From an uncultured virus (IMG/VR IMGVR_UViG_3300043256_000464) (lineage: Duplodnaviria > Heunggongvirae > Uroviricota > Caudoviricetes): a DNA stretch of 64,000 nt. This document shows, in pieces, positions 40,556 through 51,632 of this stretch. A model generated the notes under the pieces. It did not search any database and had not been told where the DNA came from. It saw only the letters and a program-made list of their open reading frames with translations. The stretch lies in IMG/VR virus record IMGVR_UViG_3300043256_000464, one strand, 5' to 3'. Within the stretch, counting starts at the first letter, position 1. The number at the start of each line of letters is the position of its first letter. Made by a program: the position numbers and the translations under genes.

Positions 40556-40922
40556 CCTTTACGTTGATTCTTGTCGTCGTCTTTTTTATCTTTTCTGAGT
40601 AGGTTTATTCTTATCAAGTTGCCATTGCCATCTAGCTTGACAAACTTTCTAAGATATGTGCCATCGTCAAAATCTTTTTCGCTCATCTCCAGTATTAGCA
40701 TAATTTGCGAACTCTGAAGACCGAACTTGCGGGCCAGCATTGACACGCTGTAACCCAAAGATTCGAGGAAACGTATTCGCTCCCTCCTGAAAGACGATAT
40801 TTCTTCCTTGATGATCTTGGCTTCCTTCAAACGCTCCCCATGCGTTCCGTCTCCGTCTGTAGGCTTTTTTGAAGCACGGAGAACTGGACGTTTAGGAGGC
40901 CGCGAAGGAAACCGCGGGTACA

Positions 40923-41669
40923 TTAACGTACCAAGAACCAGATCATGTAAATTCCGCCTGAACCACCGGATGGCCCTGCATCGATTCCATTGAACTTGAC
41001 ACCGACCAATTTCCATCCATCATCCAGCATGTTGCTTATGAAAGCATCGGCCTGGAAGCCTGTTACGGTTCCCCTAATTGTGTCAGGGTTTCCGGTCAGT
41101 GTTCTGAGTACATGATGGGCCTCTGAATATCTGGCCTCATCGTCATTCCCACCCTTCTCCAAAACCCAACCTACGCGATGACCTCGGATATCAAATCCAC
41201 CGACAAACACTTCCAACGGCTCATATCCCTGAGCCAAAAACCTGCTGATTTCCGCATCAGCCGAATCAACATCCAAGAGGCCGATCATTGGATCTGGCTC
41301 AGGACCGTCGCCGATGGTGAACATGAAGTGCTTGATGCGCGTATTATACGCAATGGCTTCGACATCTTTGCTGGACAGGACATCTTCACTGCCGGGGTGA
41401 GTTTCAACATTTGGTGAAGATGGCTCTTCTGTTGAAATTGGCTTAACATCTACTTCCGGCCCTCCGGTCTGAGGTAAATTGCTAGCGTAGCCCGCGTATC
41501 CAAGCCCCTGCTCTTGAGCACGCGCCACGATACTAGCAGCAATGTCTTCCTTCGCGCGTGCTGTGGGAGCACCGATTCGTTCAGCAATTAAACGAAGATC
41601 TGGCATACCGAATGCCATTAGTGCTGTCTGTTCCTCCGCTACTCCAACTGGTACAGTTTGTTCGTTCAC
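40923..41669 (-). CDS. Hypothetical protein
   Basis: Coupled to the portal gene. Confidence 0.5.
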   Translation of the reverse strand: MNEQTVPVGVAEEQTALMAFGMPDLRLIAERIGAPTARAKEDIAASIVARAQEQGLGYAGYASNLPQTGGPEVDVKPISTEEPSSPNVETHPGSEDVLSSKDVEAIAYNTRIKHFMFTIGDGPEPDPMIGLLDVDSADAEISRFLAQGYEPLEVFVGGFDIRGHRVGWVLEKGGNDDEARYSEAHHVLRTLTGNPDTIRGTVTGFQADAFISNMLDDGWKLVGVKFNGIDAGPSGGSGGIYMIWFLVR

Positions 41670-44290
41670 GTTATCCTCCGTGATACGATTCTGAATACCC
41701 CGCCGCTTCTTCTCTTTTTCTTCTTGCCCCCAAGATAGGGCGCATACTCACCTCGCGCCACAGTTGCCTTCAATTCATCCTCATCAAAGATTACTTTGCA
41801 GTGACAAACATTCGGATGTGCAGGAGGTGTTCGAGCTCTCCCGTCATCCTCTGGACCACCTTTTGAAAAGACTGTTAGATACAAAAAGTCCACTGACACA
41901 AAGCCCAGCTTTTCGTTCCCAGCACAGACAGGGCACGGATGCTCATTGCCCTTCCTGGTAACGCCTCGTGGTCCAAGGTGAGTCCATTTCTTTGTTTTCA
42001 ATCCTGTCTCGATGATCTGCCGCAGATGTCCTAGGTTGGTCGCTCGATTAACCTCAGTAAATACAATCGATTCGGATCGAGCTTCGCTCATCTCGCCCAT
42101 TCCGCTAAGGATATCTTGGATTGCTTCATCCATAAATCCTTCTTCGGTCAACACCCGTTCGGCTTTCGCTCCATCTCGAATAGCCTGCGCGATACGTGGC
42201 CTAGCCATCCCCTGGCGAACACCAGCGACTACAATGCGCTTGATGAAATATTTGGTTCCGTCATTAACCCTTGTCACGAGCTCAGCAGCGGAACGCTCCA
42301 AAAAGCGTATCGTTCTGGAATTGGTCAGATTGAAATTGATTCCAAGGGAAAGCTCCGGAGAACTAAGCAACGCTTCCGAGTAAAGAGAACGTATGATTGC
42401 AATCGCTTCTTCCTCTAGCCCAACCTCGTAAGCTGATTTGAATATAGACAGAATTGCGTCTTTGTCCCAGACGTTCGCTACCTTCCACCATTGGTCATCC
42501 AGCAAGTGGGAATTAAGCACATCCCTAATTTCCTCAGTGGTTTGCCTGATGATCATTGAGTCAAGTTCGCTGGGCATCCCGAAATCAAGTGCCTGCATCT
42601 CGGGGAGCCAAATCCTTTGAATGGCATCATTGTCCAAATTGTCAAAGGTTCGCTTGACAGACGGAAGCATTTCTCGAGTGGCTGCTTTGATCAAGCGTCG
42701 AATTCTAGGCGCTGACGGAATTGGACTGCCAGGACCCGACCTACGAAATTGTCTGGACCCTGACTGTGCTGCTAGCTCAGGTATGCTTGCAATAGCTGGC
42801 GCAACAATGACTTCCATCCTGCGAATAAGATCATTGTATGGCGGATCTCCGGGAACATCTGGAGGGGTTTTTACAAGAGTCTTAACTGACAATCCGCCTC
42901 GACCGCCCTGCGTCGCCGAGACCTTTCCCTTGTCCTCGTCTTTCACGCGACCCCTATCATCGTCGTCGGGTTTACCAAATGGCTTGCGCTTATCTTTCTT
43001 TTTTCCTGGGAGCTGGAAGGTTGGCTTACCAGGCATTCCCATGGGAACTTCCGGCTCTGGAATTTCGTTTGGATCGATTTCGGTTTCCATGAGACCAGTA
43101 GACACCAATTCAAGTCGCGCTTCTTCAGGCGAGAGAAGACCATCGCGCTTGAGCTGGCCAAGAGCCAAGCCGTAGGTTGATAAAGCTCGCCCCTGTTCTG
43201 TCTTGGCTTCCTCGTCTTTCTCTTCCCAAATGAACTGGAGGTGGTCCGGCAGAATGTGGTTGAAGTGATTCTCTGTTTTGCTTCGGACCATGGCTCGGCC
43301 CGTTCGACGACTCTGTCTTTCGCCTCGAATAACACCAGCCAGGGTTTTCTCACCACTCTGTTCAGCCATTCCGATATCAGATAGCCGTATGCCGTATCCA
43401 GCAGCACAAATGGCCGCGTACTTCAGAGTGGTTTGATCGTAGAGCATATCAATGGGAGGACGATTGAAAGGAATCCATTGAGCAGGCGTCTTGTGGTCAT
43501 AAAGCACTGGGACTTTAAAGCCGTCGATGCCCATCATGAGATCACGCCAGCTATCCAGCCATTCTTCGGCGTCGTCTTCCTTCATGTCAATCAAATCGAG
43601 AAGGCCTGCCTCTGGAGTATCGAGCAAGAGGTTGGCATAGTAACGATCTCCGCGGTACAGCATCTCGATCGCTAGATAAATCTTTTCGGGCGGAGCCATC
43701 CCCCAACCCTTGCGCTTAATCTGAGGCGAGGGCGTCATGTACATTCTGGCAATTGAATGACTTGGGAAAACAATCGGTCTGCCAGGTGCATTGGGAACAA
43801 CCTGTATCACTGGCCATTCTCTATCGCCCGTGGGAATTAATGTAGCACCATCAACGTGCTCGATCCACATGACCGGTCCCTCAGGGTCATCATTGAGTCT
43901 TCCCAGCTCGGCCATTCCCCCAAACGGAAGATCCAGCATGTCTTGCACGATCATTTCGATGTAATTGTCGAAATCACCTTCAGCTTCATTGAATACATCC
44001 ATGTAGTGGTCGATCTCATCCTTCTCAAGTTGAAGCATCGCCTCCTTGCTTTCACGAGGACGAATTGACCAATCCATTGATAGAAGATTTTGAGTTAGCG
44101 TGTCACGACAGATAATGGCTATAGGCTGATTGCGCACAAGCGCCCGCCATTGCTGTCCAGCAAGATATCCAGGATGGCCCCAATACGGAATGGTCCGATT
44201 GAGGTAAGGAACTAGTTTGATAGCGCGTTGAGAGGCTGGCTCTTCAGCCGCCCTTTCAACGGGTTGGATTATTTCTGTTTCTTTCGGCAT
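41666..44290 (-). CDS. Portal protein fused to MuF-like head morphogenesis domain
   Basis: Follows TerL; HVDGATL, GWGMAPPE; C-terminal RSESIVFTE, KKW, CPVC, PPAHPNVCHC. Confidence 0.8.
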   Translation of the reverse strand: MPKETEIIQPVERAAEEPASQRAIKLVPYLNRTIPYWGHPGYLAGQQWRALVRNQPIAIICRDTLTQNLLSMDWSIRPRESKEAMLQLEKDEIDHYMDVFNEAEGDFDNYIEMIVQDMLDLPFGGMAELGRLNDDPEGPVMWIEHVDGATLIPTGDREWPVIQVVPNAPGRPIVFPSHSIARMYMTPSPQIKRKGWGMAPPEKIYLAIEMLYRGDRYYANLLLDTPEAGLLDLIDMKEDDAEEWLDSWRDLMMGIDGFKVPVLYDHKTPAQWIPFNRPPIDMLYDQTTLKYAAICAAGYGIRLSDIGMAEQSGEKTLAGVIRGERQSRRTGRAMVRSKTENHFNHILPDHLQFIWEEKDEEAKTEQGRALSTYGLALGQLKRDGLLSPEEARLELVSTGLMETEIDPNEIPEPEVPMGMPGKPTFQLPGKKKDKRKPFGKPDDDDRGRVKDEDKGKVSATQGGRGGLSVKTLVKTPPDVPGDPPYNDLIRRMEVIVAPAIASIPELAAQSGSRQFRRSGPGSPIPSAPRIRRLIKAATREMLPSVKRTFDNLDNDAIQRIWLPEMQALDFGMPSELDSMIIRQTTEEIRDVLNSHLLDDQWWKVANVWDKDAILSIFKSAYEVGLEEEAIAIIRSLYSEALLSSPELSLGINFNLTNSRTIRFLERSAAELVTRVNDGTKYFIKRIVVAGVRQGMARPRIAQAIRDGAKAERVLTEEGFMDEAIQDILSGMGEMSEARSESIVFTEVNRATNLGHLRQIIETGLKTKKWTHLGPRGVTRKGNEHPCPVCAGNEKLGFVSVDFLYLTVFSKGGPEDDGRARTPPAHPNVCHCKVIFDEDELKATVARGEYAPYLGGKKKKRRSGGVFRIVSRRIT

Positions 44291-44357
44291 ATTTCCTACC
44301 CGTAACTGTACTCCATAATAGAGCAAAATCGCGAAGTATCAAAGCACCTTGCACCCA

Positions 44358-46058
44358 TCAAAGATGCTTAAACTTCTGTCTGTATCGATCTTCTTCTCCC
44401 GCTACCTCATTGAAAGCCCCAGAAGTAGCATCAACATCATCATCGTGTTTGCCATGAGGAAAGGCCCGGTGGACTGCCATCCATGGTTGATTCCATTTGC
44501 CCTCCAAAAGCCTGACATTCCCAGCGTTAACCTGGGATGAAAAGCCACGGGCTCTAACGTCTTTGCCGCCAGTGGATGGCCTACCCTCACAGTCATATCC
44601 CGCAAGTATGCGAGTGTATATATTGATCAAGCTCTTTCCAGACGCGCCGCCTTCTTGTTCTATTCGAATTGGAACCTTTTTGCCATCGAGCTTGGCTGTT
44701 TGCTTGATCATGTCTTCAACTGTTTGAGATTCGCCACGTACACGCACTACGTTCAACACCCAAGTCAAACCAGTTTCTTCGTCTCTTCCGACTAATGCCC
44801 CAACTGTCCAGTCTGGATCGGCTTTGCTACGTTCTTCTTCAGTCGCAGCTAGATCCCAAAACCTGATGCAATTTTTTAAACCAACTGGGATGCCGCTTGA
44901 TTCAAATGCCTCGATATCTCCCCCAAACACATCGACCGGATACATATCTTCGATCTCAATACGACCCACCTTGAAGAAATCGCCTTTGGGAGGTGTTGGA
45001 TGCTGTTGGTATTCGGCATCCCAAACCAAAGGACCAACTTCATCGCGCATTTCTTTATAATGCTTGTCGCTGAATCTAGATGGCGCTGCTGATCTATCGG
45101 GTTCGCGACCCAGCGCATCCGGTAAGCCTTCTGGCAAACCAATCAATTTGTTAGCAATATCACGTTCCTCTTGTGTTTCAGATAAAGCCGCGTAGGATAA
45201 AACCTTCCATTTTCCACGCCCGCCCCCACATTCTGGACAAAGGACAGGATCATTGTCATCGGCCATATAGAAGTCGCAATCTTTGCAAAGATTAAGATTG
45301 CCCTCTTCTCTCAGTACACGAGCAGCTAGATCGTCCTCGTGCCAGCGCGTCATCATGAAGACCATGCAGCCATTTTCCCAAAGACGCGTTTTTAGTGTGC
45401 CGCGCCACCATTGCCAAAGATTTTCTCGTACTGTATCTGACTGAGCCTCGGCCCAATCTTTAACTGGGTCGTCTATGATGATCAACCCGAACCCTTCACC
45501 TGTGACGCGTCCACCCATACCTGCAGCCCAGACATGTCCTTTGTAACCAAACAAATGCCAATCTTTTTGTTTCCACCTTTTCACATCTGGGAGAATACCT
45601 TGGGAGGAAAATAATCTTTCGTATGCAGGATGCTGGACGACTTCTCTAGCATTAATGCTGTTCCTCTTGGCCAAGTCATCACCATATGAAGCAAGCAAGA
45701 CAGGAAGATCGTGATTGTGTGCTAGCCAGAAGCCGGGCAGCCTAGTGGAAACTATTTCCGACTTTCCCGTTTGCGGCGGTGCAAATAACATCAGGTGGCT
45801 TATGTGACCATCTGGATGGTCTGCATAAACTACGCGGTCTACGTAATCGCAAACATGGAGGTGGAAAACATCTGTTTTATAATCCGAGAACGTGTAAGGA
45901 ATAAAGTAGCGCATCTTTTCGCGCGCTAACGTAACCATCCCAAGTTCTTCTTCGTCGAGATAAACATCTGGATCGAGTTTATCGGCAGTCAAATGCATCA
46001 TGCTGGTAACGGGATCAATGGGACTAATCATTGAACCGATATTCTCTTTGGTAATCAT
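44358..46058 (-). CDS. terL: Terminase large subunit
   Basis: APPQTGKS, LIIIDDPVKD, MTRWHEDDL, YQQHP, WDLA, HDDDVDA. Confidence 0.92.
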   Translation of the reverse strand: MITKENIGSMISPIDPVTSMMHLTADKLDPDVYLDEEELGMVTLAREKMRYFIPYTFSDYKTDVFHLHVCDYVDRVVYADHPDGHISHLMLFAPPQTGKSEIVSTRLPGFWLAHNHDLPVLLASYGDDLAKRNSINAREVVQHPAYERLFSSQGILPDVKRWKQKDWHLFGYKGHVWAAGMGGRVTGEGFGLIIIDDPVKDWAEAQSDTVRENLWQWWRGTLKTRLWENGCMVFMMTRWHEDDLAARVLREEGNLNLCKDCDFYMADDNDPVLCPECGGGRGKWKVLSYAALSETQEERDIANKLIGLPEGLPDALGREPDRSAAPSRFSDKHYKEMRDEVGPLVWDAEYQQHPTPPKGDFFKVGRIEIEDMYPVDVFGGDIEAFESSGIPVGLKNCIRFWDLAATEEERSKADPDWTVGALVGRDEETGLTWVLNVVRVRGESQTVEDMIKQTAKLDGKKVPIRIEQEGGASGKSLINIYTRILAGYDCEGRPSTGGKDVRARGFSSQVNAGNVRLLEGKWNQPWMAVHRAFPHGKHDDDVDATSGAFNEVAGEEDRYRQKFKHL

Positions 46059-46726
46059 ATTCCGTCCGGACCGTAACTTCGCATCTCATTGATAACCCAA
46101 GCCCTATCCTGAGCATTCAGAACGACACGAAACAAAATTCTCTGGAAGAGCTGCATGTACTCTAAGACGTGTATAGCTGGGATCATTGCATCTGAGTCCA
46201 TGGCCATCTTGTGCATGGTCTTGATAAACGAATCGGATATTTTGAGGTGTTCCCTTATCTCCCAGTTGATTCTGCCTTCTTTTCGTTCCTCATCACGCAA
46301 TTTCTCAATATCTTGAAGGATTTCTACAATTGATCCCTTTCCATAAGCAGCGGCGGCGAACGCTTTTAGAAGCAAATTATCAACTTCCCTCCCCGCCCCA
46401 GCCGAATCGCATTCTTCCAGCCTATCAAAAAGTCTTTGAAGCATAGCGCTATTGGCTGCAGCCTCATTAATAAGAGTAGTCAGTTCGGGATGTTCCAAAA
46501 GTCGGTTCAAACCCTTCATCTTCTGACCGACAACGTATTTGGGATTCGGCGGGCGACCACCTGGAGATCCATGCATCCGACATGTTTTTTTGTCCTTCAT
46601 GGGCGAATTGCCACACTGTCGCCCTTTGGTTTTACTCCAGCCTGGACAGCGCAATGATCCATCATCAAAGGTGGGATTGGGAACGAAATCGTCAGGCTTC
46701 GGAAAATATACTTTCTTAGGATGCAT
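46055..46726 (-). CDS. Terminase small subunit-like protein
   Basis: RC...C...CRMHG zinc motif; immediately upstream of terL. Confidence 0.6.
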   Translation of the reverse strand: MHPKKVYFPKPDDFVPNPTFDDGSLRCPGWSKTKGRQCGNSPMKDKKTCRMHGSPGGRPPNPKYVVGQKMKGLNRLLEHPELTTLINEAAANSAMLQRLFDRLEECDSAGAGREVDNLLLKAFAAAAYGKGSIVEILQDIEKLRDEERKEGRINWEIREHLKISDSFIKTMHKMAMDSDAMIPAIHVLEYMQLFQRILFRVVLNAQDRAWVINEMRSYGPDGI

Positions 46727-46914
46727 TTAATCTCTCACAATTCAAAAGACTTGAGTGCATGAGGTTCTTTATGGTGTATGGGGTTTTTGACAGTGCGGGG
46801 GTAATCGACCTACCCATTATGGACTCCAGTGTAGATAAAGCTAAACTCGTTGGGTTATGGGTAAGTTGGTATTTAAACAAACGCGGGCGTTGATTGTATT
46901 CAACACCCACAATG

Positions 46915-46943
46915 ATTATAGAAATCTAAACAGCAAAAGTCAA
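46915..46943 (-). promoter_or_regulatory. Sigma70-like promoter facing the packaging operon
   Basis: TTGACT-17 nt-TATAAT. Confidence 0.65.
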
Positions 46944-47284
46944 GACTCTGTATCTGTCTCTATCTTTTCCCCGAATTCACCAATGGAGCCAAGAATATTT
47001 TGGTACTCGACCCCGAGCTCAGCAACCACCTCCCCCATATCGGCTACATCGCCACTGAATTCACTAAGCTGAGCCAATATCATTTCAATTGTTGGTTGAG
47101 CAAGACTGTATTGCATATGAACGACAAGATCGGGAAACAGATGAGCCATCAGCACATGAACATGTTGAGTAACTCTACCTGTAACGATTCCCACCCGTCT
47201 GCTGTAGGTCCCAATCTTGTCCATGTGAGATCGCAATATTTCTTTGAGCTCGTCTATTTCAGACTTATTGAGATTTTTCGTCAT
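46940..47284 (-). CDS. Hypothetical protein
   Basis: ORF in the operon. Confidence 0.45.
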   Translation of the reverse strand: MTKNLNKSEIDELKEILRSHMDKIGTYSRRVGIVTGRVTQHVHVLMAHLFPDLVVHMQYSLAQPTIEMILAQLSEFSGDVADMGEVVAELGVEYQNILGSIGEFGEKIETDTES

Positions 47285-47636
47285 TGGCCTTTATCAACTC
47301 AACTAAGCGTTCGCGAAACTCAGGACTCCGCGCCAATAGCTCTAAGGTGTCAGCCTGCTTACTTGCTTCATCGGTCCCAATCTGCCTGAGCCTGTACGCA
47401 GCCCTTAAATACGCATTGGTGTATTGAAACTCACGTTGGGCTTTTGCCCTGCTATCTTCCGACATCGGATTCGTCTGGCCAATATTCGTCTTGCATTTCA
47501 GTCCCCCATTCCATCCAATCAAGGAAGGTTTGCATCCATGCTTTACGACTTTGAGGTTTATCAGCGACCTTAGAAAGATTAACTGCGAATGTCGCTATCT
47601 GTTTCACTATCCAATCGATGAATTCGCGCAATGTCA

Positions 47637-49424
47637 TCAGAACATCCCTATGTTAGCTGCTAATCGAGCCTCGGCCATCTCATTATAGATCGATTCCATC
47701 TCCAGACCCACTGTTTCATCCCATCCGGCTTGAACCGATCCAATCATCTCGCTGCCACTTCCAGAGAATGGGATAAACATGCGTCTTGTATTGCCTTCTT
47801 GTTTTGGGGGTAAGACCAGCGTAGCCAAGTATCTTAAGAGTTCAAGCGGCTTTACTGTTGGATGAATGCAGCCATGGGCCCGCTCGCGTCTATCAAGTTG
47901 TTCGTATTCATCTAGGCCGATGCGCTCAAATCCTTTGTCGGTTCGTTTCCACCAAAAGCTTTCAAGTCCTTTGTCTTTCTCTGCTCGGCTAGCTTTGGCT
48001 GTATAGAAGAAGCGCGAAGGACCGCCTGCGTCTCCGTATGTTGCTCCTTCCTCATCTTGGGTCTCTGTCCATGGACTGTAGACTCTGCTGTGTTTTGAGG
48101 ATGACCGATGTAATATTTCTGCATGACCGCTTTTCAAAATCCCTACCTGGTCGTCTAGCGCCCTCACCGGACATTCATTTACGCATGCCCATCGTTCGAC
48201 TGTCTCTGGCGGCATCTGCTCGCTTTCATATCCTTCGCCACGATGATCTTCAGCATAAAAAGCAAATGATCCGCCCGCGCCATGTGAAGGATAGCGATTC
48301 AGTTTGCGGCCCTCAACTTCAAATTCTCCGATCCTCACGCATTCCTCATGATGACTGAGTACAAAGTTGGCAGGCCAGCGACCCGATGCTTTCAATTCAG
48401 TCGTTGGTTCATATCGACCGGCCTGACCGTAGACTTTGTTGCCCCCTTCTTGAGCGCCCATCGGTTTGATCGGTTCACTGTGCGCGATCCGCGATCCGTC
48501 TATATTCAGCGTCCCAGTCCCAAACTCAACCGCTAATTGCGCGAAGGTTTTATCGCCTCGCGGCGCTCGACACAGGAAGATTGGTTCCCATGCTGGTTTG
48601 AGGGCCGTGCCATAGCCATTCCATAGTTTAGCTTGGTCAGTATGCGGAACTGTTATCTTGCGCTCAATCATGGTGCCTTCACGTCCAGCCGATACTATCC
48701 CGGAGGGTGCGTTTTGCCGCTGCTCTGTTGCCACAACTTCTCTCTCAACGCCTCTGATAAACTCGTCCCATCCTGGTTCAACCGGGAGTATCCTCTTGAT
48801 GACTTCCCATATTTCGGTGCTGGGATAGGTGATGCCCCAACCAATCGGGTCGTCCTCGGGCTGAATGTCATACCGCATAGTAAATCCGCAAGCCTCGTTT
48901 ATTTCTTTTCTAGTCTTTCCACTTTTTTTAACGGCCGCGGAAAGCATTGTCTTAAATTCCGTACTCCGCTGTGCTTTTCCGCCACGCTTGTCCAGCCCCT
49001 TGCTAATATCATGCGACTTTGGAAATCCCTGCCCATGGAGCCACATCAGACAATCAACTATCTCGAAGCCCCCTCGCTCCAATCCAACGCCGAGATGGTG
49101 ATAGGTCCGTGTTCCGCCAAAGAATAAAGCCACTGCGCCGGGATACAAGGCTCTGGCGATAAGCAACTTCGACCATTCCGCGATCCAGTCTTGATAGTGT
49201 TCTAGACTATCAAAGCCATCCCAGCTTTGCCCCATGAAACCGCTGGATAATCGAGAGTATCTTCCATCTTCGCCCTTCTGGGCTGGCGCGCTACCTTCTT
49301 TTCCAAATCGTTTAGTGATGGAAATAAGCGCGTATGGCGGATCTGAAAGGACCGCGTGGAAACGCGGCCCGTCATAATCTTTCAGGTATTGGATTAGTTC
49401 AGATTCAACTATGGTCCATGGCAC
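47637..49424 (-). CDS. DNA N4/N6 methyltransferase
   Basis: SDPPY, GFPKS, ALKPAWEP, HPTVKP, PFSGSGS. Confidence 0.9.
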   Translation of the reverse strand: MPWTIVESELIQYLKDYDGPRFHAVLSDPPYALISITKRFGKEGSAPAQKGEDGRYSRLSSGFMGQSWDGFDSLEHYQDWIAEWSKLLIARALYPGAVALFFGGTRTYHHLGVGLERGGFEIVDCLMWLHGQGFPKSHDISKGLDKRGGKAQRSTEFKTMLSAAVKKSGKTRKEINEACGFTMRYDIQPEDDPIGWGITYPSTEIWEVIKRILPVEPGWDEFIRGVEREVVATEQRQNAPSGIVSAGREGTMIERKITVPHTDQAKLWNGYGTALKPAWEPIFLCRAPRGDKTFAQLAVEFGTGTLNIDGSRIAHSEPIKPMGAQEGGNKVYGQAGRYEPTTELKASGRWPANFVLSHHEECVRIGEFEVEGRKLNRYPSHGAGGSFAFYAEDHRGEGYESEQMPPETVERWACVNECPVRALDDQVGILKSGHAEILHRSSSKHSRVYSPWTETQDEEGATYGDAGGPSRFFYTAKASRAEKDKGLESFWWKRTDKGFERIGLDEYEQLDRRERAHGCIHPTVKPLELLRYLATLVLPPKQEGNTRRMFIPFSGSGSEMIGSVQAGWDETVGLEMESIYNEMAEARLAANIGMF

Positions 49425-49471
49425 TACTATAGTTCCTTTAAGTGGCTATTGTAGTTCCAGTTCGTCATCGT

Positions 49472-49870
49472 TCAACTCGTTATTGGAGGGAGAACGCGAA
49501 GAAGTTCGTTCAATTCTTCGGTTTCGTTTTTAGTCGGCTTTCGACCCAAATCAAGCAAGCCGCGTGATTCCACGTAGATATAAAGCCGATCCGCTATTTC
49601 TTCATCGTGGTCATCGAAGCTAAGCAGCTTAAGTATGTCGGTTAGGTGATCTCCTTCGTCCGAGATTGATAATCCCGTGCTAATCTCATGTAACCCGATA
49701 GCTAGACCATTAGGGTCAGCGCGTCTGTACACCGTACACTCATTGCAAGAACATGGCCCAATTAGTGGCAATTCGTTTTTGGAGTGAGGCAACCAATACA
49801 AAATGGAGTGTTCAATCGCTCTATGACCACATATGCACTTTTCGCTTAGAAGGATTTTGTAGAGATCCAT
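49472..49870 (-). CDS. Hypothetical protein
   Basis: CICGH...CSCNEC. Confidence 0.45.
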   Translation of the reverse strand: MDLYKILLSEKCICGHRAIEHSILYWLPHSKNELPLIGPCSCNECTVYRRADPNGLAIGLHEISTGLSISDEGDHLTDILKLLSFDDHDEEIADRLYIYVESRGLLDLGRKPTKNETEELNELLRVLPPITS

Positions 49871-49882
49871 AGAAACCTTACC

Positions 49883-50401
49883 TTAATCCCACCATCTGTC
49901 AGATGTTTTAATGAGCTCACCAACAATATCGAGCGTAGCTCTATCAAGCGCAACTGCCGTTCGAGTTAATGCAGTTAAAGATTTGCGTGCCAGTTCTTGA
50001 TCGACAGCTTCGGGATAAGTAATTTCCGCACGTTTGCAATCTTTCAGTGTGGGTTTTTCGGCCAATTCTTCAGGAGTAAGTTTTATGAATTCCCAATGGC
50101 TTTTTCCAAACAAGCTTTCGTGAGCCTTGTAAGCATTGTCTTCGTGAACTTCGTTAATAAGATCGTCAAGCAACTCAACAGTTCTCTCCATTTTGTCTGG
50201 GATATCGTCGCGTCGGCCCATTGGACAGGATCTTTGGTGTCTGGCCATGGCAGCAATTTTGTGACGCATGATCTTCCACAAATAGATATGATCAAAGTCT
50301 TCGTCGTTCCAGATAACTGGAAGCCAATAGATTAGACTACGAATCCGATGAATTATTTCTCTCATGTTAAAAAGGTAACTTTCCTTGAACAGACCGCCCA
50401 T
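49883..50401 (-). CDS. Hypothetical phage protein
   Basis: WLPVIWNDEDFD...WWD. Confidence 0.55.
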   Translation of the reverse strand: MGGLFKESYLFNMREIIHRIRSLIYWLPVIWNDEDFDHIYLWKIMRHKIAAMARHQRSCPMGRRDDIPDKMERTVELLDDLINEVHEDNAYKAHESLFGKSHWEFIKLTPEELAEKPTLKDCKRAEITYPEAVDQELARKSLTALTRTAVALDRATLDIVGELIKTSDRWWD

Positions 50402-50849
50402 CCATGTTTTGTTTGATTTCCTCTTCAGTCAATGCGCGTATAAGATGAACCGGTTGACCTTGCTCCGACAAGCCGCGCCTATCTATATAATCAAGTAATC
50501 CCACTTCACGAATATCTGACACGCGCCGACGAATACTGGATTCGCTATATGGCCCAGGCTTCCCCATAAATTCTAGTAACCTTCTATCTTTTCGAAGCGA
50601 ATCGTAATGCCAAAGCGCCCTCGGCCCTGAGGCACAGGCTAGATACCACATGAACAACCGCAGCTTATTCATTTGATGGGCACGACTGTTGATCGCCCCA
50701 GCAGATATTCGACTTGTTATAGGACCGTCGTTTCTCGCACGGGCCATGAATTTCTTGTCCTCGATATACTGTTTAATAAAATGGCTTCGATTACGGTAAG
50801 CAAATATAGCGTCGCGAAACTCTTTGTCGTTGAAGTGCTCAGACCTCAT
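50367..50849 (-). CDS. Hypothetical DNA-binding protein
   Basis: ARNDGPITS, wHTH-like SSIRRRVSDI. Confidence 0.45.
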   Translation of the reverse strand: MRSEHFNDKEFRDAIFAYRNRSHFIKQYIEDKKFMARARNDGPITSRISAGAINSRAHQMNKLRLFMWYLACASGPRALWHYDSLRKDRRLLEFMGKPGPYSESSIRRRVSDIREVGLLDYIDRRGLSEQGQPVHLIRALTEEEIKQNMDGRSVQGKLPF

Positions 50850-51272
50850 TTTGACTCCGCAGATATTTCTTTCGCACTGATACTTTCACTCTGCCCTTTC
50901 CATCGCAAAGATCACAATGAACATCATCTATGACTGGCATCGTTTCAATTTTCCCGAAAGATGTCACAAAACCACAGCCACCGCATTTCGGACAATCGGT
51001 TTTCATATTAGATAAATCGGGGTTTTGGCCAAAAAAGTAGTTGTGCCCTGGCTCTCTGTTTTTTCTAACTATGATCGTTCCGTCATCAGATCGATCCCTG
51101 TCAGAAACATCGGTTCCGTCTGGTTTGAGTATTTTGCCTTTTGGTTGCGTTTCAGACATGATTTTCTTCTGGCCGCCCCACAATATCCCATCTGGCTAGG
51201 CTGGTTTCAGGAAATCCGTTACACCAGCGCCTAACGGCCTTTCGAATACGTCGGCGACCTGGGCCAGTCTAA

Positions 51273-51632
51273 TTATACAACCTGTTTCTTGGCAAATCCC
51301 AAAAGGTTTCGAAACTGACGGATCAATCGAAGAGACTGACGATCAAGTCTAGGAAGGTTTCGGATGAAGTGTACTAACAGAGGTTCGCCAACAGCCACGA
51401 AACCCTTGAGGCCATCGAAGACGGGCTGCTCGGAAGAGGCCAAATGGATATCTCCAAGATATTTAGCTTCCTCCTGAATTAGCTTGGGGAGGTCAAGAGG
51501 ACCAGACTCTTGGTCTCCCTGAATATACTGAGCCGCTATGTCAATTGCTTCCTGCATAGTGAAGGCAACAACTTTGAACTTTCCATATCCTTTGAATCCA
51601 ATTTGCCAATAACGACTCGTCTGTATTTTCAT
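51273..51632 (-). CDS. Hypothetical protein
   Basis: Coupled ORF. Confidence 0.45.
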   Translation of the reverse strand: MKIQTSRYWQIGFKGYGKFKVVAFTMQEAIDIAAQYIQGDQESGPLDLPKLIQEEAKYLGDIHLASSEQPVFDGLKGFVAVGEPLLVHFIRNLPRLDRQSLRLIRQFRNLLGFAKKQVV